DNA of 64,000 nt from Patescibacteria group bacterium. GTDB lineage: Bacteria; Patescibacteriota; Microgenomatia; UBA8517. The position numbers and the translations under genes are program-made. Positions 10,537-21,046 of this stretch are shown here, piece after piece. The DNA lies in the NCBI GenBank assembly GCA_041742135.1, contig JBGSJG010000008.1:232964-296963 (forward strand), read 5' to 3'. Position 1 is the stretch's first letter; the number at the start of each line of letters is the position of its first letter. The notes beneath the pieces were generated by a model. It made no database searches. It worked only from the letters and a program-made list of their open reading frames with translations, and was not told the origin of the DNA.

Positions 10537-11505
10537 ATGGAACGTTTTCAACATAAAGACCAAGAACGAAGGAATCCTGTTGGTAATTCTTATACCTTTG
10601 ATTCAACTAAAATTAATTTAATATCATCCTGTGGGGAGACTGTAGAGTTTTGCAATGAGTATTTTGAGTTGTACGCGCAGATAGATGAAGTGACACAAGA
10701 GTGCGACTGGACCGTCGTAGAGCACATAGGCTCATCAACCGAAGGGCATCCTTGGAAAGTTGACGAAGCAAGTAAGTTGGTTACTATTCAAGGAAACGAA
10801 TCTGATAGCAGATTAACTATGAGGATCGTGAGAAGTTTAGTAATGCTCGAGGACATTAACAATGGAAAAGTCATGTTTAAGGGTGGCGCATTTACAAATA
10901 AAGATGGCCAAGGAATAGCTATTATGGGTGAAAAAAGGTCAGGGAAGACCTCATTCTTGCTGGGATATATGTTAAGGAATGACTCTCAAGCGAGATTCGT
11001 TACGAACTCGCACGTTGCATTGGGTTTTGAAAATGACCAGGTTTATGCTTACGGATATCCTATGTCGGTAGGAGTTAGGCTTAATGTACTTGAAGCAATG
11101 AAAAAGAGAGGAAATGACAAAATTACCCCAATAATTGATGACCTAAGAAGCAATTTGCAACCCGGAGGTGAGAATCGTTATTATATAGATCCCGATAAAC
11201 TTAGCCAGTATTTAAGTGGCAGAATTGCTAGCAAGACCCATCTTGATAAAATTATTATAGTTAGGAGCGTTCCGCCAAATTCTTTTTCTGGTATCAAAAA
11301 ATTAAATATAGACGAAGTAGAAGTTTATCTAAAAAGTTATTACCTCAAGCATCTACAAAGCGATGGCTGGTATAGATTATACGATGTTGATGCCAGTCAA
11401 CAAATAAATTCAATTAGAGATATGCTTGAACAAACCGATTTATATGAGCTCACTTTTAATGTTAATAGCAGTATAGACAATATAAATTTAGTAGATCAAA
11501 TCTAA
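10537..11505 (+). CDS. P-loop protein, possibly an HPr-kinase-C-like serine kinase
   Basis: GEKRSGKTSFLLGYMLRND resembles the HprK C-terminal P-loop. Confidence 0.35.
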   Translation: MERFQHKDQERRNPVGNSYTFDSTKINLISSCGETVEFCNEYFELYAQIDEVTQECDWTVVEHIGSSTEGHPWKVDEASKLVTIQGNESDSRLTMRIVRSLVMLEDINNGKVMFKGGAFTNKDGQGIAIMGEKRSGKTSFLLGYMLRNDSQARFVTNSHVALGFENDQVYAYGYPMSVGVRLNVLEAMKKRGNDKITPIIDDLRSNLQPGGENRYYIDPDKLSQYLSGRIASKTHLDKIIIVRSVPPNSFSGIKKLNIDEVEVYLKSYYLKHLQSDGWYRLYDVDASQQINSIRDMLEQTDLYELTFNVNSSIDNINLVDQI

Positions 11506-11507
11506 AC

Positions 11508-12488
11508 ATGGAAAGAGGTAATCTAAGTTGGTTTGGCGGTCCCATTTCGCACATGCATCTAAGGCTCCCAAGTGAACCTAACGATGCAGAAGGCGAAGAG
11601 AATCTACAATTTACCCACGAGACTGCCACATATTACTTAGGCAAGTTATACAGGAACCCAAATGTTAGAATTACGGATACTGCTCATGCTCTGCTTTCAT
11701 TCAGAGATCTCGACAACCTCAGAAGGCCAAATCTAGAATCAGCTGAGAGTTGGAGTAATAGAATTATTACACAGGCTTCAGTAGAAACTTTAAAAAGAGT
11801 ATCAGAAATGAAAAAACTGGCCAATAGTAATATTATCATCGGTGTAGAGGCCGATATTATAGACGATCAAGGTCATTTAAGTTTAGATGATGAATGCTTA
11901 CAAGAAATAGATTTTACAATCGCATCTTTTCACAGATTCATTTGGACAATTTTCTCGGAAAGAGTTTACTATTCTTCAGAAGAACTAATTAATATGTACC
12001 TTGGAGCATTAGATAATCCTTCAGTTCGTGTGTTAGGTCATCCTATAAGAACCTCCTCAAAATTAATCGGACCACGAAAATCTGAAGATTTCTTGCCTGT
12101 CCTCGAAAAAATGAAAGAGAAAAGAGTCGCTTACGAAATCAACCCACTTATCGACCTTTCTGATGAACAACAGAAACTAAATCTTGAGGTGATTAAAGAG
12201 TGTTCTCGAGTTGGCACTCCATTAATTTTGGGGTTTGACTTTCATAATATGGAAGACATTGATTTTCTTAAAGATATATCTCTTGATAATAATGCAATAG
12301 AAGGTTTAAGCCTTGACTATGTTTTTTCCAGAAACGCAGACGTCCATTTTGGGGTATTTAGACGATTGATCAAAAATGTAGGCATTTTGAAAGAGCTAGG
12401 AGTTGGAAAAGAGCAGATTGTAAATAGTAGCGATCAAAATTTCGATCAATGGATTAACGAACGAAAATCCTTGCATCTGCGTGATTAA
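11508..12488 (+). CDS. PHP-domain-like metal-dependent phosphoesterase (tentative)
   Basis: Scattered His/Asp motifs (ASFHRF, LGHPIR, GFDFHN). Confidence 0.3.
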   Translation: MERGNLSWFGGPISHMHLRLPSEPNDAEGEENLQFTHETATYYLGKLYRNPNVRITDTAHALLSFRDLDNLRRPNLESAESWSNRIITQASVETLKRVSEMKKLANSNIIIGVEADIIDDQGHLSLDDECLQEIDFTIASFHRFIWTIFSERVYYSSEELINMYLGALDNPSVRVLGHPIRTSSKLIGPRKSEDFLPVLEKMKEKRVAYEINPLIDLSDEQQKLNLEVIKECSRVGTPLILGFDFHNMEDIDFLKDISLDNNAIEGLSLDYVFSRNADVHFGVFRRLIKNVGILKELGVGKEQIVNSSDQNFDQWINERKSLHLRD

Positions 12489-12538
12489 ATGATTTTAAAT
12501 ATTGATCTAATAGAATAATATGGTACGAGACCTGTTAG

Positions 12539-12613
12539 GGTGGCTGATGGGACTCGAACCCACGGCCTGCTGTTCCACAAACAGCCGCTCTAACCAACTG
12601 AGCTACAGCCACC
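12539..12613 (-). tRNA. tRNA-His (anticodon GTG) with genomically encoded G-1
   Basis: Manual fold of the reverse complement: acceptor GTGGCTG/CAGCCAC, D-arm GCTC-AGTTGGTTA-GAGC, anticodon loop TTGTGGA, T-arm GTGGG-TTCGAGT-CCCAT. An extra 5' G pairs with discriminator C, which is the His hallmark. Confidence 0.85.
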
Positions 12614-12761
12614 TCGTCGCAACGCGACATGCTATCTTTCATCCCGACAAAGTCGGGATTTCATACGCTAGTCGGTTGCTCCTTTTCACAAATCATTCGA
12701 TTTGTGCAGGCATATTATACCAGTCACGCCCAATACGCGTCTAGGCAAATCAAAATGGGGA

Positions 12762-13025
12762 TTATTCTTCTTCAGGTTCTTCTTCGGCTAAAGGATAGCC
12801 TGGGGTGCCTGCGCCATCCTGGACGGATTCCTCGTCTTTATCAATTTCCTCAGCAATCTCAAAGCCGTCTTCTTCGGGATCCGGTTTGTTGCCAATCACG
12901 TTTTGAATCATTTCTTCAGTATCGCTAAACTTATCCGGGCCGCCGTCTGTATAGTCGGTGCCGTAAACATCGTCGTCTTGCTTTTTGAGCTCTTCATCAA
13001 TTTTGCTCGGCGGAATTTTAACCAT
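12762..13025 (-). CDS. small highly acidic hypothetical protein
   Basis: ORF only. Confidence 0.25.
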   Translation of the reverse strand: MVKIPPSKIDEELKKQDDDVYGTDYTDGGPDKFSDTEEMIQNVIGNKPDPEEDGFEIAEEIDKDEESVQDGAGTPGYPLAEEEPEEE

Positions 13026-13068
13026 ATGTTTATTTTAAAGAAAATCATTTATTGCGCAACCAGCAAAA

Positions 13069-14016
13069 TTGGGGGTAGAATATGCTATGATCGAAAGCTT
13101 ACCTGGATTTTTCGATCTGCTCAAGTTGTCATTTGCCCAGTACAAAGCAAATTGGACTTTTTATATTAAAATTCTCGTCCGTGGGTTTTTGTATGGCATA
13201 CTTCTGGCTGGGCTTCCTGGCATTTTGGCAGTTGCAAGCATCTTTTTTTTGCCTAGGCCAACCTCATTTATAGTTTTTGCGGTTTTGATTGTAATCACCA
13301 TAATTGGCTCAATATTTGCTCAAGTTTGGCAAATCTTAGCAATGTCCAAGACCGCAATTGAAGTTAGCGGTGGAGCGACACCTCTTAAGTCTGCAGACGT
13401 GTTTAAGTCAGTCAGGCCTTTGGTATTTGGCTATTTTCTTGTAATGATACTTCAAAGTTTTGCCAGTTTTTCTGGTTATTTGTTATTTATAATCCCTGGA
13501 GTTATTATGTCCATCTGGTTTAGCCTCGCAATCTATACATATCTGATTGACCAGAAAAAGGGAGTTTCCGCACTAATTTTAAGCCGAGACTACGTTAAGG
13601 GCTACACCGGCGGTGTGTTTTTGTATTTTTTCTTTTGGGGAATAATTTCCTACGGCCTTTTGAGTTTCCTGCCCAGCTACATTTTTGAAAAGCTTGACAT
13701 GGATTTACTTGGCGGTCTTGTGAGTCTTGTAATTACACCTGTGATTATTCCACTTAGCACAATATTTGTTCTAAATATTTACCTAGCTCTCAAAAAGATT
13801 AAGGGCCAAATTAACGTTGAATATTCTTCTGAGCGAAAAGCTAAATATTTCATTGCGGCTCTTATGCCACTTGTAGCTATTTCAATACTCGCTGCTTGGA
13901 CAATAAGCATTATGCCTAAGTTGTATAACATGTTCTTGCAAAGCCCGGCTATGGAGGAGAAATTTATGGATTATGACGAGTGGAGCGAACCCACCGAACT
14001 TGATACGTTGTCGTAA
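13069..14016 (+). CDS. polytopic membrane protein, hypothetical
   Basis: Multiple hydrophobic helices. Confidence 0.45.
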   Translation: MGVEYAMIESLPGFFDLLKLSFAQYKANWTFYIKILVRGFLYGILLAGLPGILAVASIFFLPRPTSFIVFAVLIVITIIGSIFAQVWQILAMSKTAIEVSGGATPLKSADVFKSVRPLVFGYFLVMILQSFASFSGYLLFIIPGVIMSIWFSLAIYTYLIDQKKGVSALILSRDYVKGYTGGVFLYFFFWGIISYGLLSFLPSYIFEKLDMDLLGGLVSLVITPVIIPLSTIFVLNIYLALKKIKGQINVEYSSERKAKYFIAALMPLVAISILAAWTISIMPKLYNMFLQSPAMEEKFMDYDEWSEPTELDTLS

Positions 14017-15098
14017 CCGTCTTCACGCACAAGGTCTGCTAAATCTCGATTTATTTTACCGATTAGTTGCGGGCCCTCGTAAATCATTCCAGTTATAAGC
14101 ATGACAAGCGATGCTCCTCTTTTAATTTTTTCGTACGCGTCGTGGGCATTAAACACGCCACCCACTCCAATAATTACAAGTTTGTTGCCATATTTTTTGT
14201 AGGCTCGGAAGATTAATTCATTTGAGCGAGCAAAGCATGGCTTGCCACTAAAATTACCAGCAGGAGCATTTTTTATTTCAGCTTTATCAAAAACTGGATT
14301 AGTTCTGTCTTTTTGCAGGTTTCCAATAATGATTCCAGACACTCTGTGTTTTACGATCACGTTTAGCATCTTGTCAAAATCAGAATTATTTTCACTGATT
14401 GGCATTTTTATAAATAAGGGCTTAGTAAGTTTTAGTTTGTCAATCTTTGCCAAAAGCATATTTAAATTTCGGGGAGGATAAAAAGTAATTGATTTATTGC
14501 CATGAATCAAATTGGGGCAGCTGATATTAAGCTCCCAATAGGCATGTTTAAGATTGGCTTTTTTTAGTTTTTCTAAGCAAGACACGATGTCGTCCATGCT
14601 TTCTTCCAAAGTTGTAAGTGTGGCGGAGTTGCTTCTGCCGATGCTAATTCCCAGAGGATAAGAAAAGGTTTTGCCTCTAAGCCTTGCGGCAATAACGTCT
14701 GCACCGTCGCTTTTGTAGCCTTTATTGACCAGTAACGATTTTGACTTAGGAAGCCTGCCGAGCCGTGGCTTGGGATTGCCTTCGTAGGGGATATTCGTAA
14801 CCGTGCCAACTGACTCAAAGCCAAAGCCAACGTTGGGCAAGATATCAGTCAAATTTGCGTTATAGTCAAAGCCTGCTGACAGGCCGATTGGGTTACTAAA
14901 GCTCATGCCTGCAATTTTTTGCTTAAGGATTGGGTGGCTAAATGCCAAAGTGCTATTAGTAATCTTTCTCGCTTTGCTACTTTTGCCCATTAAACTGCCA
15001 AGGCTTACCATTGTGTTGTGAACCAGTTCAGGATCGAATGAGAAAAATAGTGGCTTGGCCAGAACTTTATATAATAACCCGAAAACCTCGTATTTCAT
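13971..15098 (-). CDS. pyrD: dihydroorotate dehydrogenase (class 2-like)
   Basis: NPIGLSAGFD, ELNISCPN and GVGGV...GASLVML motifs. Confidence 0.8.
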   Translation of the reverse strand: MKYEVFGLLYKVLAKPLFFSFDPELVHNTMVSLGSLMGKSSKARKITNSTLAFSHPILKQKIAGMSFSNPIGLSAGFDYNANLTDILPNVGFGFESVGTVTNIPYEGNPKPRLGRLPKSKSLLVNKGYKSDGADVIAARLRGKTFSYPLGISIGRSNSATLTTLEESMDDIVSCLEKLKKANLKHAYWELNISCPNLIHGNKSITFYPPRNLNMLLAKIDKLKLTKPLFIKMPISENNSDFDKMLNVIVKHRVSGIIIGNLQKDRTNPVFDKAEIKNAPAGNFSGKPCFARSNELIFRAYKKYGNKLVIIGVGGVFNAHDAYEKIKRGASLVMLITGMIYEGPQLIGKINRDLADLVREDGYDNVSSSVGSLHSS

Positions 15099-15134
15099 GG
15101 GCTAATTGTACTATGTTTTGTGCTAATATGAACC

Positions 15135-17258
15135 ATGACTTTGGACATTTTAAGCTCTGTGTTATTGGCCTCTTCAATTGCACGAGTATTAGCGCGATAT
15201 ATTATTGACACACTAGGGATTAATCTTTTTACAAGCACCACAATTCCGGGTTTTTCTGCTGAATTAGCAGTTGCCAAATCCTACGACATTTTGGATTTTA
15301 TTTTGACTGTTGGGCTCACTGCTACGAATTTTGTATTTTTCCGCTACGTTATTAATAACAAAAACAGGGCATTATCAGTCATTTATTTACTATTTAGCCT
15401 AATTCTTTTTACTCAGATAAATTTTGGCTTTTATAGTTTTAATGTAATTATGGTGTTAATGGCGGCGTTTTATGCATCTCTCCTCGCTATTACAAAGCTT
15501 AAAATAAAACTTGAATTATCGGAGTTTAATCAAACTACTTGGCACACTCTTTCCAACGGAATACTTGTCGGCATTTATCTATTAATCCTCATTAACAACT
15601 TTACTACCACCTTGTTTCCTCTTTTGGCTTTGGTTTTGGTGCCGATGGTCTATGTGTTTATTGGGCCCTTGGGGAATATTAGAAGAAGTCCGGGGCATCT
15701 TATCCTGTCGCTCGCGATTTTTGTTCCTACAAATTCAGCTCTCTTGCTTTTACTAGGAGCTGTTTCGGGCGTTTTGGCCTTTTTACTTCGCAATAAGAAT
15801 CTCTTTGCAAAAACATCTTTTCTTTACCCCGTTATTTTTGTAGTTATCGCGGCTTATAACCCACTTTATTTTTTGGGGCATTTGGACTCGGTGGAAGAGG
15901 GCTTTTGGCTTGGCTGGCTTTCGGGTCTTCAGGACGGAAAGGTTTTGTACCGCGACATTGCGGCGTATCACCCGCCAATGATTGTTTGGATTATTAATGC
16001 GGCTCAAAGCGTAATCGGCGCGAGTATCGAAAACACCCGACTAGTTCTTCATATTCTTCAAGTAGTGGGCATGGTAATGTATTACGCGCTTGTTTCGCGG
16101 GTTTTGGATAAAAAGCTTAGTCGGTTTGTTGTCCTTTTGGTTGCACTAAGCCTCACGGCCATCATGGTCCGAAACAACGTTGAGTTTCGTCTTGGAGTGG
16201 GGCTATTAAGCCTCGCACTTTTGCCCATGCCGCTTCTTGCTGGTGCTGTTGCCGCACTTAGTGCACTTACTAGCGTTGAAGTTGGAGTTTCAGCTGCAGC
16301 TGCCACTTTAGCTGTGCTTATGCTTTCTAGCAAAAGATTACCAAATGTCAGCAAGTATTTGTTGGGTGTAAGCATCGTAGCTCTGCCTGTTGCGATTTAT
16401 TTTTTAGCCCGTGGAGCGCTTTTGCCGGCAATAACGCAAATAACTTTTTATGCAAAAGCTTTTTCCGAAGGTTACTTTAACTTGCCGATAGACCGAGGAA
16501 CTACTTCTGCCTTCATTCATTGGCATTTTGTTAATCAGTATGTGAGCGCTTATCCGTTTTATTGGGAGCTGGCTCGTGGAGCGATTTTGGTAGCTCTTTG
16601 TTTTATAGTAAGTAAATTTAAGCCACAGGATCTTCAAAACAAACACAAAATCGCCCTGGCACTTGCAATATTTGGCCTGTTAGTTTTCCGCTCTGCAATG
16701 GGCAGGTCGGATTATTATCATCTGTTGTTTCCGCTTTTGGTCGCGTTGCCACTACTTTTTTACACGCTTGAAACTATTAATAAAAAATATCTTGTGCCAA
16801 TATTCTCGATCTTGTTGGTTTTTGTATTTTTTAGAAACATAGTCCATGCTAGTTTTATTGAAGCCAAGCTCTATGGCCTTCAAACTTACGGGCGAATAGT
16901 CGGGGAAACAGAGCAAGTCTTAACTCCTAGCCAAAGAGATCTTGTTGAATACTTAAAAAACAACACAAATGCCGATCAACCTTTGTTTGTTTTTCCTTGG
17001 AATCCAGAAGTGTATTTTTTGAGTGATCGTCCTAATGCAACCGCACATTACACGCCCTATGGTTTTTTTGACGAGACATATCAAAAAGAAATGGTTGCAC
17101 AAATTGAAAGTACGAAGCCTGTTATAATTTATAACCCCGAGATGAAGTTTGCCAATCTTGCCCCCGGAGCACTCGAAATTGTGAATTCATACATCTTAAG
17201 CACATACTCCGAAGTCACAAGCTTTGGGGATTATAAAATATGGACACCAAAAGATTGA
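15135..17258 (+). CDS. large polytopic membrane protein (707 aa, >12 TM), hypothetical
   Basis: Hydrophobicity pattern only. Confidence 0.45.
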   Translation: MTLDILSSVLLASSIARVLARYIIDTLGINLFTSTTIPGFSAELAVAKSYDILDFILTVGLTATNFVFFRYVINNKNRALSVIYLLFSLILFTQINFGFYSFNVIMVLMAAFYASLLAITKLKIKLELSEFNQTTWHTLSNGILVGIYLLILINNFTTTLFPLLALVLVPMVYVFIGPLGNIRRSPGHLILSLAIFVPTNSALLLLLGAVSGVLAFLLRNKNLFAKTSFLYPVIFVVIAAYNPLYFLGHLDSVEEGFWLGWLSGLQDGKVLYRDIAAYHPPMIVWIINAAQSVIGASIENTRLVLHILQVVGMVMYYALVSRVLDKKLSRFVVLLVALSLTAIMVRNNVEFRLGVGLLSLALLPMPLLAGAVAALSALTSVEVGVSAAAATLAVLMLSSKRLPNVSKYLLGVSIVALPVAIYFLARGALLPAITQITFYAKAFSEGYFNLPIDRGTTSAFIHWHFVNQYVSAYPFYWELARGAILVALCFIVSKFKPQDLQNKHKIALALAIFGLLVFRSAMGRSDYYHLLFPLLVALPLLFYTLETINKKYLVPIFSILLVFVFFRNIVHASFIEAKLYGLQTYGRIVGETEQVLTPSQRDLVEYLKNNTNADQPLFVFPWNPEVYFLSDRPNATAHYTPYGFFDETYQKEMVAQIESTKPVIIYNPEMKFANLAPGALEIVNSYILSTYSEVTSFGDYKIWTPKD

Positions 17259-19891
17259 CCCCTTGGGCGCTCTCCACTGACGACACCTTAAGGATTTTTA
17301 AAACTAGTACATCCGGATTAAGTTCTGCTGACGCAAATGGAAGACAAAGCGAACACGGACTAAACGCACTTCCAAGAGAAAAAGAAGAATCTGCAGTATT
17401 GAAATTTCTTAAGACTTTTTTGGATCCGCTAACTGCAATACTTATTGCTGCGGCAGTAATAAGCGCAGCAGCAGGAGTATTTGAGCACAACTCCGAAAAC
17501 ATCAACAATGCCATGCTGCTTCTGGGGATCGTTATTTTTATGGCTGGCGTGTCTTTTTTTACAGATCGCCAAGCCAGCCGCGCTCTCTCGAAACTTAAGG
17601 ATCTGCAAAAATCCTATGCCAGAGTTTACAGGGACGCAAAAAAAATTGAAGTAGAGTCAGAAAATTTAGTAGTCGGTGACATAGTTCATTTGAATGAAGG
17701 GGATAAAGTGCCCGCTGACGGCAGAATAATCGAGTGCGATCGGGGAGAGGCCAACGAAATGCTTTTAACGGGCGAGTCTGCCTCTGTTGTTAAAAGCACA
17801 GACACACTAAAGGCTTCCTGCCACTTAGCGGAGCGCACTAACATGGTATTTGCAGGCTCGCATCTTGAATCTGGTAATTTAGAATTTGTTGTGACGGCTA
17901 TAGGCACTAAAACAGAACTTGGGAAAATTTGGCAAGAACTACAAAATACAGATGAAGCCGAGACACCACTACAAGCTCAGCTGAATAAACTAGGTAAGGC
18001 GCTTATGGCAGGCACGTTGGTTGTTTGTGTTCTTATAATTGCCGTTTATATTTATCGGGGCCAGCCAATACTCGAAGCCTTGGTTCTCGCGGTAGCTTTG
18101 GCCATCGCATTTATTCCAGAAGCCTTGGGTGCGGTTATCACAATTTCACTGGCGCTTGGCGTGCGCGAAATGGTAAAGCACAAAGCCATAATAAAGCGTC
18201 TTCGTGCGGCCGAAGGGTTGGGGTCTGTTGGTGTCGTGTGTACCGACAAAACGGGGACAATTACTTTTGGGAAGATGACCGCAACTCATATCTGGACTGC
18301 ACAGGGTAAGGCACGCGAAATTAATGGGGATAAATTTACGCAAAACCCGGAGATAAATAGACTCATGCGAGTAGCACATTTATGCAATGACTTGGGAAAC
18401 CCCACGGAAAAAGCTCTTGGAGAGCTGGCTGCGTTTGTAGGATTTGAGATAACTGCAGATAGCCGTCGCACACGAGTTCACGAGTTGGCTTTTACTTCCG
18501 ATCGCAAAATGATGACTGTAGTACATGATCTTTCGAGCGAGCCGGCACTATCGGTACTTGTTAAAGGTGCACCCGATCGACTAATCGATCTAAGCACCCA
18601 CTACTTAAATGGCGACAAAAAAATTCGGCTTAATGTAGCAGTCAGACAAGATATCTTGGCGGCGATTAATAAATTTGAAGAAAAAGGTTATCGAGTTTTG
18701 GCCTTTGCCGATCGCGAACTGCCTTATAAATATGATGCAAAAAGAATTGAAGAGAGGCTTACTTTTGTTGGGCTCGTTGCACTAAGTGATCCTGTGCGGC
18801 CAGAAGTTAAGCTTACTGTGGCCAAAATGAAAAAAGCAGGAATTAGCGCAGTTATGATTACAGGGGACAGTCCGTTGACGGCTCTGGCAATTGCAAAAGA
18901 CGCTGGGATAGTGCCTCAAAGCGCTACGAGTAGTGCGGTACTTCTGGGAGCGGAGATCGATGAGCTTTTGAGTGTCGGTATTGAGAACTTGTCACACGAA
19001 ACTATAACTCGTATTTCGAAAACTCGCGTCTTTGCGCGCACCAGCCCAAGCAACAAAATTAACATCGTGCGAGTTTTTCAAAAGGCTGGAATGCTTGTAG
19101 CCATGAGTGGAGATGGAGTTAATGATGCGCCTTCCTTAAAGCAGGCAGACGTAGGCATTGCTATGAGTAACGGGACCGAGATTACCAAAGAAACTGCAGA
19201 TGTTATTTTGACTGGCTCCTATAGCGCAATTGCTGAGGCGGTGGAGGTTGGCCGCACAATTTTGCACCGTACTCGCCTTTATACACACGCTCTACTGTCC
19301 ACAAATGGTGCCGAGGTCTTGCTTTTTGTGGTAGCTGTTCTCGCAGGCTGGCCGGCTCCATTGACTGCGATCCAGCTTCTTTTGATAAATGTATTGGGGG
19401 ACGCGTGGCTTAGTATAGCTCTAGCCACCGAGAAGGCAGACCGTGGCATTATGAGTGAGCCTCCGCGGCGCAAAACGGATAACATCATCACCCGCTACAT
19501 GTTTACCAGCATTGGTATCCAAAGCATTATTACTACAAGTATTTTGGCTGTGGTTTTTGTCCTAAGCGGCCAATACGCTCAAGCGTTGGGTCTTGATGCA
19601 AAGTCCACGTTGGTACTTCAGCAGTCAGCAGTTTTTAGCACATTTATGGTCCAAAAGATCTTAAGATCAAGTTTTACCGCGCGGTCCTTGAAATTTAATA
19701 TCTGGCAGATTGCAGTATTTTCAAATCAGTGGTCCGTGCTTGCCGCTCTGGCAACTGTAGGGTTGGCATTTTTGGGCCTGTCGCTTCCTGTATTTGGTAT
19801 GACTGCGTTACCTCTGGCTCTTTTGCCTCTGCTTCTTTTGGGACTAATTCCGCCTGTGTCTGAAGAATTACTTAAATTCACTAGGCGCTGA
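17240..19891 (+). CDS. P-type cation-transporting ATPase (type II-like)
   Basis: CTDKTGTIT (phosphorylation site), PEAL, MITGD, GDGVNDAPSLK. Confidence 0.9.
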   Translation: MDTKRLTPWALSTDDTLRIFKTSTSGLSSADANGRQSEHGLNALPREKEESAVLKFLKTFLDPLTAILIAAAVISAAAGVFEHNSENINNAMLLLGIVIFMAGVSFFTDRQASRALSKLKDLQKSYARVYRDAKKIEVESENLVVGDIVHLNEGDKVPADGRIIECDRGEANEMLLTGESASVVKSTDTLKASCHLAERTNMVFAGSHLESGNLEFVVTAIGTKTELGKIWQELQNTDEAETPLQAQLNKLGKALMAGTLVVCVLIIAVYIYRGQPILEALVLAVALAIAFIPEALGAVITISLALGVREMVKHKAIIKRLRAAEGLGSVGVVCTDKTGTITFGKMTATHIWTAQGKAREINGDKFTQNPEINRLMRVAHLCNDLGNPTEKALGELAAFVGFEITADSRRTRVHELAFTSDRKMMTVVHDLSSEPALSVLVKGAPDRLIDLSTHYLNGDKKIRLNVAVRQDILAAINKFEEKGYRVLAFADRELPYKYDAKRIEERLTFVGLVALSDPVRPEVKLTVAKMKKAGISAVMITGDSPLTALAIAKDAGIVPQSATSSAVLLGAEIDELLSVGIENLSHETITRISKTRVFARTSPSNKINIVRVFQKAGMLVAMSGDGVNDAPSLKQADVGIAMSNGTEITKETADVILTGSYSAIAEAVEVGRTILHRTRLYTHALLSTNGAEVLLFVVAVLAGWPAPLTAIQLLLINVLGDAWLSIALATEKADRGIMSEPPRRKTDNIITRYMFTSIGIQSIITTSILAVVFVLSGQYAQALGLDAKSTLVLQQSAVFSTFMVQKILRSSFTARSLKFNIWQIAVFSNQWSVLAALATVGLAFLGLSLPVFGMTALPLALLPLLLLGLIPPVSEELLKFTRR

Positions 19892-20279
19892 AATGTTCGT
19901 GAGCGGGTAACGATACGGTGCTCGAACCTATTTAGCCTGGATGACTATATCAAACCAGATCTAGTTTTACAATTTAACGTTCTTAAAGAGCAGATGAACA
20001 TTGATTCTTTTGCTACCTTTAACTAACCCGCTTGCAACATTTTACTTCTTCGATGCTTGTTTGTACAAGGTTATTACTGTTAATTAGTGTCATTTGCTTA
20101 CAAGACACTTCTGATATATTGTATAATACTTATTACCTTAATTAAAGAGATTTCTTAATTGTAGGAATTATCTAGCCTGTCCCTTGAGGATTCTGATCTC
20201 GCAAAAAAGATTAAGTAGAGTTATAGTTCAAGCAACTAATATGAGTAGTCCAAGTAAAAAGAAAAATCCACAATCTAAA

Positions 20280-20546
20280 ATGACTGTTTTTGGGACCGCG
20301 CCAGTAAGTTCCAAAGGGCAGATTGTTATTCCGGCTAAACTACGAAAAGCACAAGACATAAAGGCTGGAGATACTCTTATTTTTACAGGTAATCCTGACG
20401 CTGGCCACTTCCATGTGCTCAGTGCAAATTCTTTCAAGGGCTTTACCGAAGACTTAAATAATCTTATTTTCAACGGAAATCAAAAGTTATCCGGCGAGCA
20501 AAAGAAGAGCGAAAAAGCTTCATCGAAACAAAAATCGAAAAGCTAA
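20280..20546 (+). CDS. AbrB/MazE/SpoVT-type DNA-binding protein at the left edge of the phage-like module; the ORF is open from 20184
   Basis: SSKGQIVIPAKLRKAQDIKAGDTL swapped-hairpin motif. Confidence 0.45.
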   Translation: MTVFGTAPVSSKGQIVIPAKLRKAQDIKAGDTLIFTGNPDAGHFHVLSANSFKGFTEDLNNLIFNGNQKLSGEQKKSEKASSKQKSKS

Positions 20547-20774
20547 ATCGACCAATATAGTGGCGACAGCTACTGCCACACTGACTTTCACTGCAATTGT
20601 ATTTACTTTGATTTTTAGATCATTTACGTCGTCTTGGATATGATGGAGATGGTTGTCTTTTATCTCTTTTAATTCCTTCCCAACAAACTTAAAGCCACCA
20701 TCCACCCGTTCTTCGAGTTTGGCTACTCGTTCATGCATCTGTACTGTATTTTCGTTAGCTTTTTGCATAGACAT
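20520..20774 (-). CDS. XhlA-like lysis-associated protein (coiled coil plus C-terminal TM)
   Basis: Architecture and its position next to the holin and endolysin. Confidence 0.35.
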   Translation of the reverse strand: MSMQKANENTVQMHERVAKLEERVDGGFKFVGKELKEIKDNHLHHIQDDVNDLKIKVNTIAVKVSVAVAVATILVDLAFRFLFR

Positions 20775-21046
20775 TAAAATGGTAGTTTGTCGATTGTGCT
20801 GTCCTTATCTTCAGTTCCAAAGGTGTCACGCAGTAATTTGCCGACAGAGTTAATTCCAGCAATTCCCCCTGATAAAAAGAATGGAAGGACAAGGCTGTTG
20901 AGAAATTTATCCCAATTTGTCAGTGCCTCGGGTTGTGCATTAACTAGCACCATAGAGCCGGTAAATAGAAATGCTGAAAGAAAGATGCGACCGAATCGCC
21001 ACAAGACTTTTTTCCATTCTGGATATTCATTGTTCATACTGATCAC
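20774..21046 (-). CDS. holin-like two-TM protein
   Basis: Size, two TM helices, adjacency to the endolysin. Confidence 0.4.
   Translation of the reverse strand: MISMNNEYPEWKKVLWRFGRIFLSAFLFTGSMVLVNAQPEALTNWDKFLNSLVLPFFLSGGIAGINSVGKLLRDTFGTEDKDSTIDKLPF

Noticed and set aside
12520-12928. ORFs 12520..12744 (+) and 12629..12928 (+)
   Set aside because: They overlap the tRNA-His gene and the convergent acidic ORF. They are most likely spurious.
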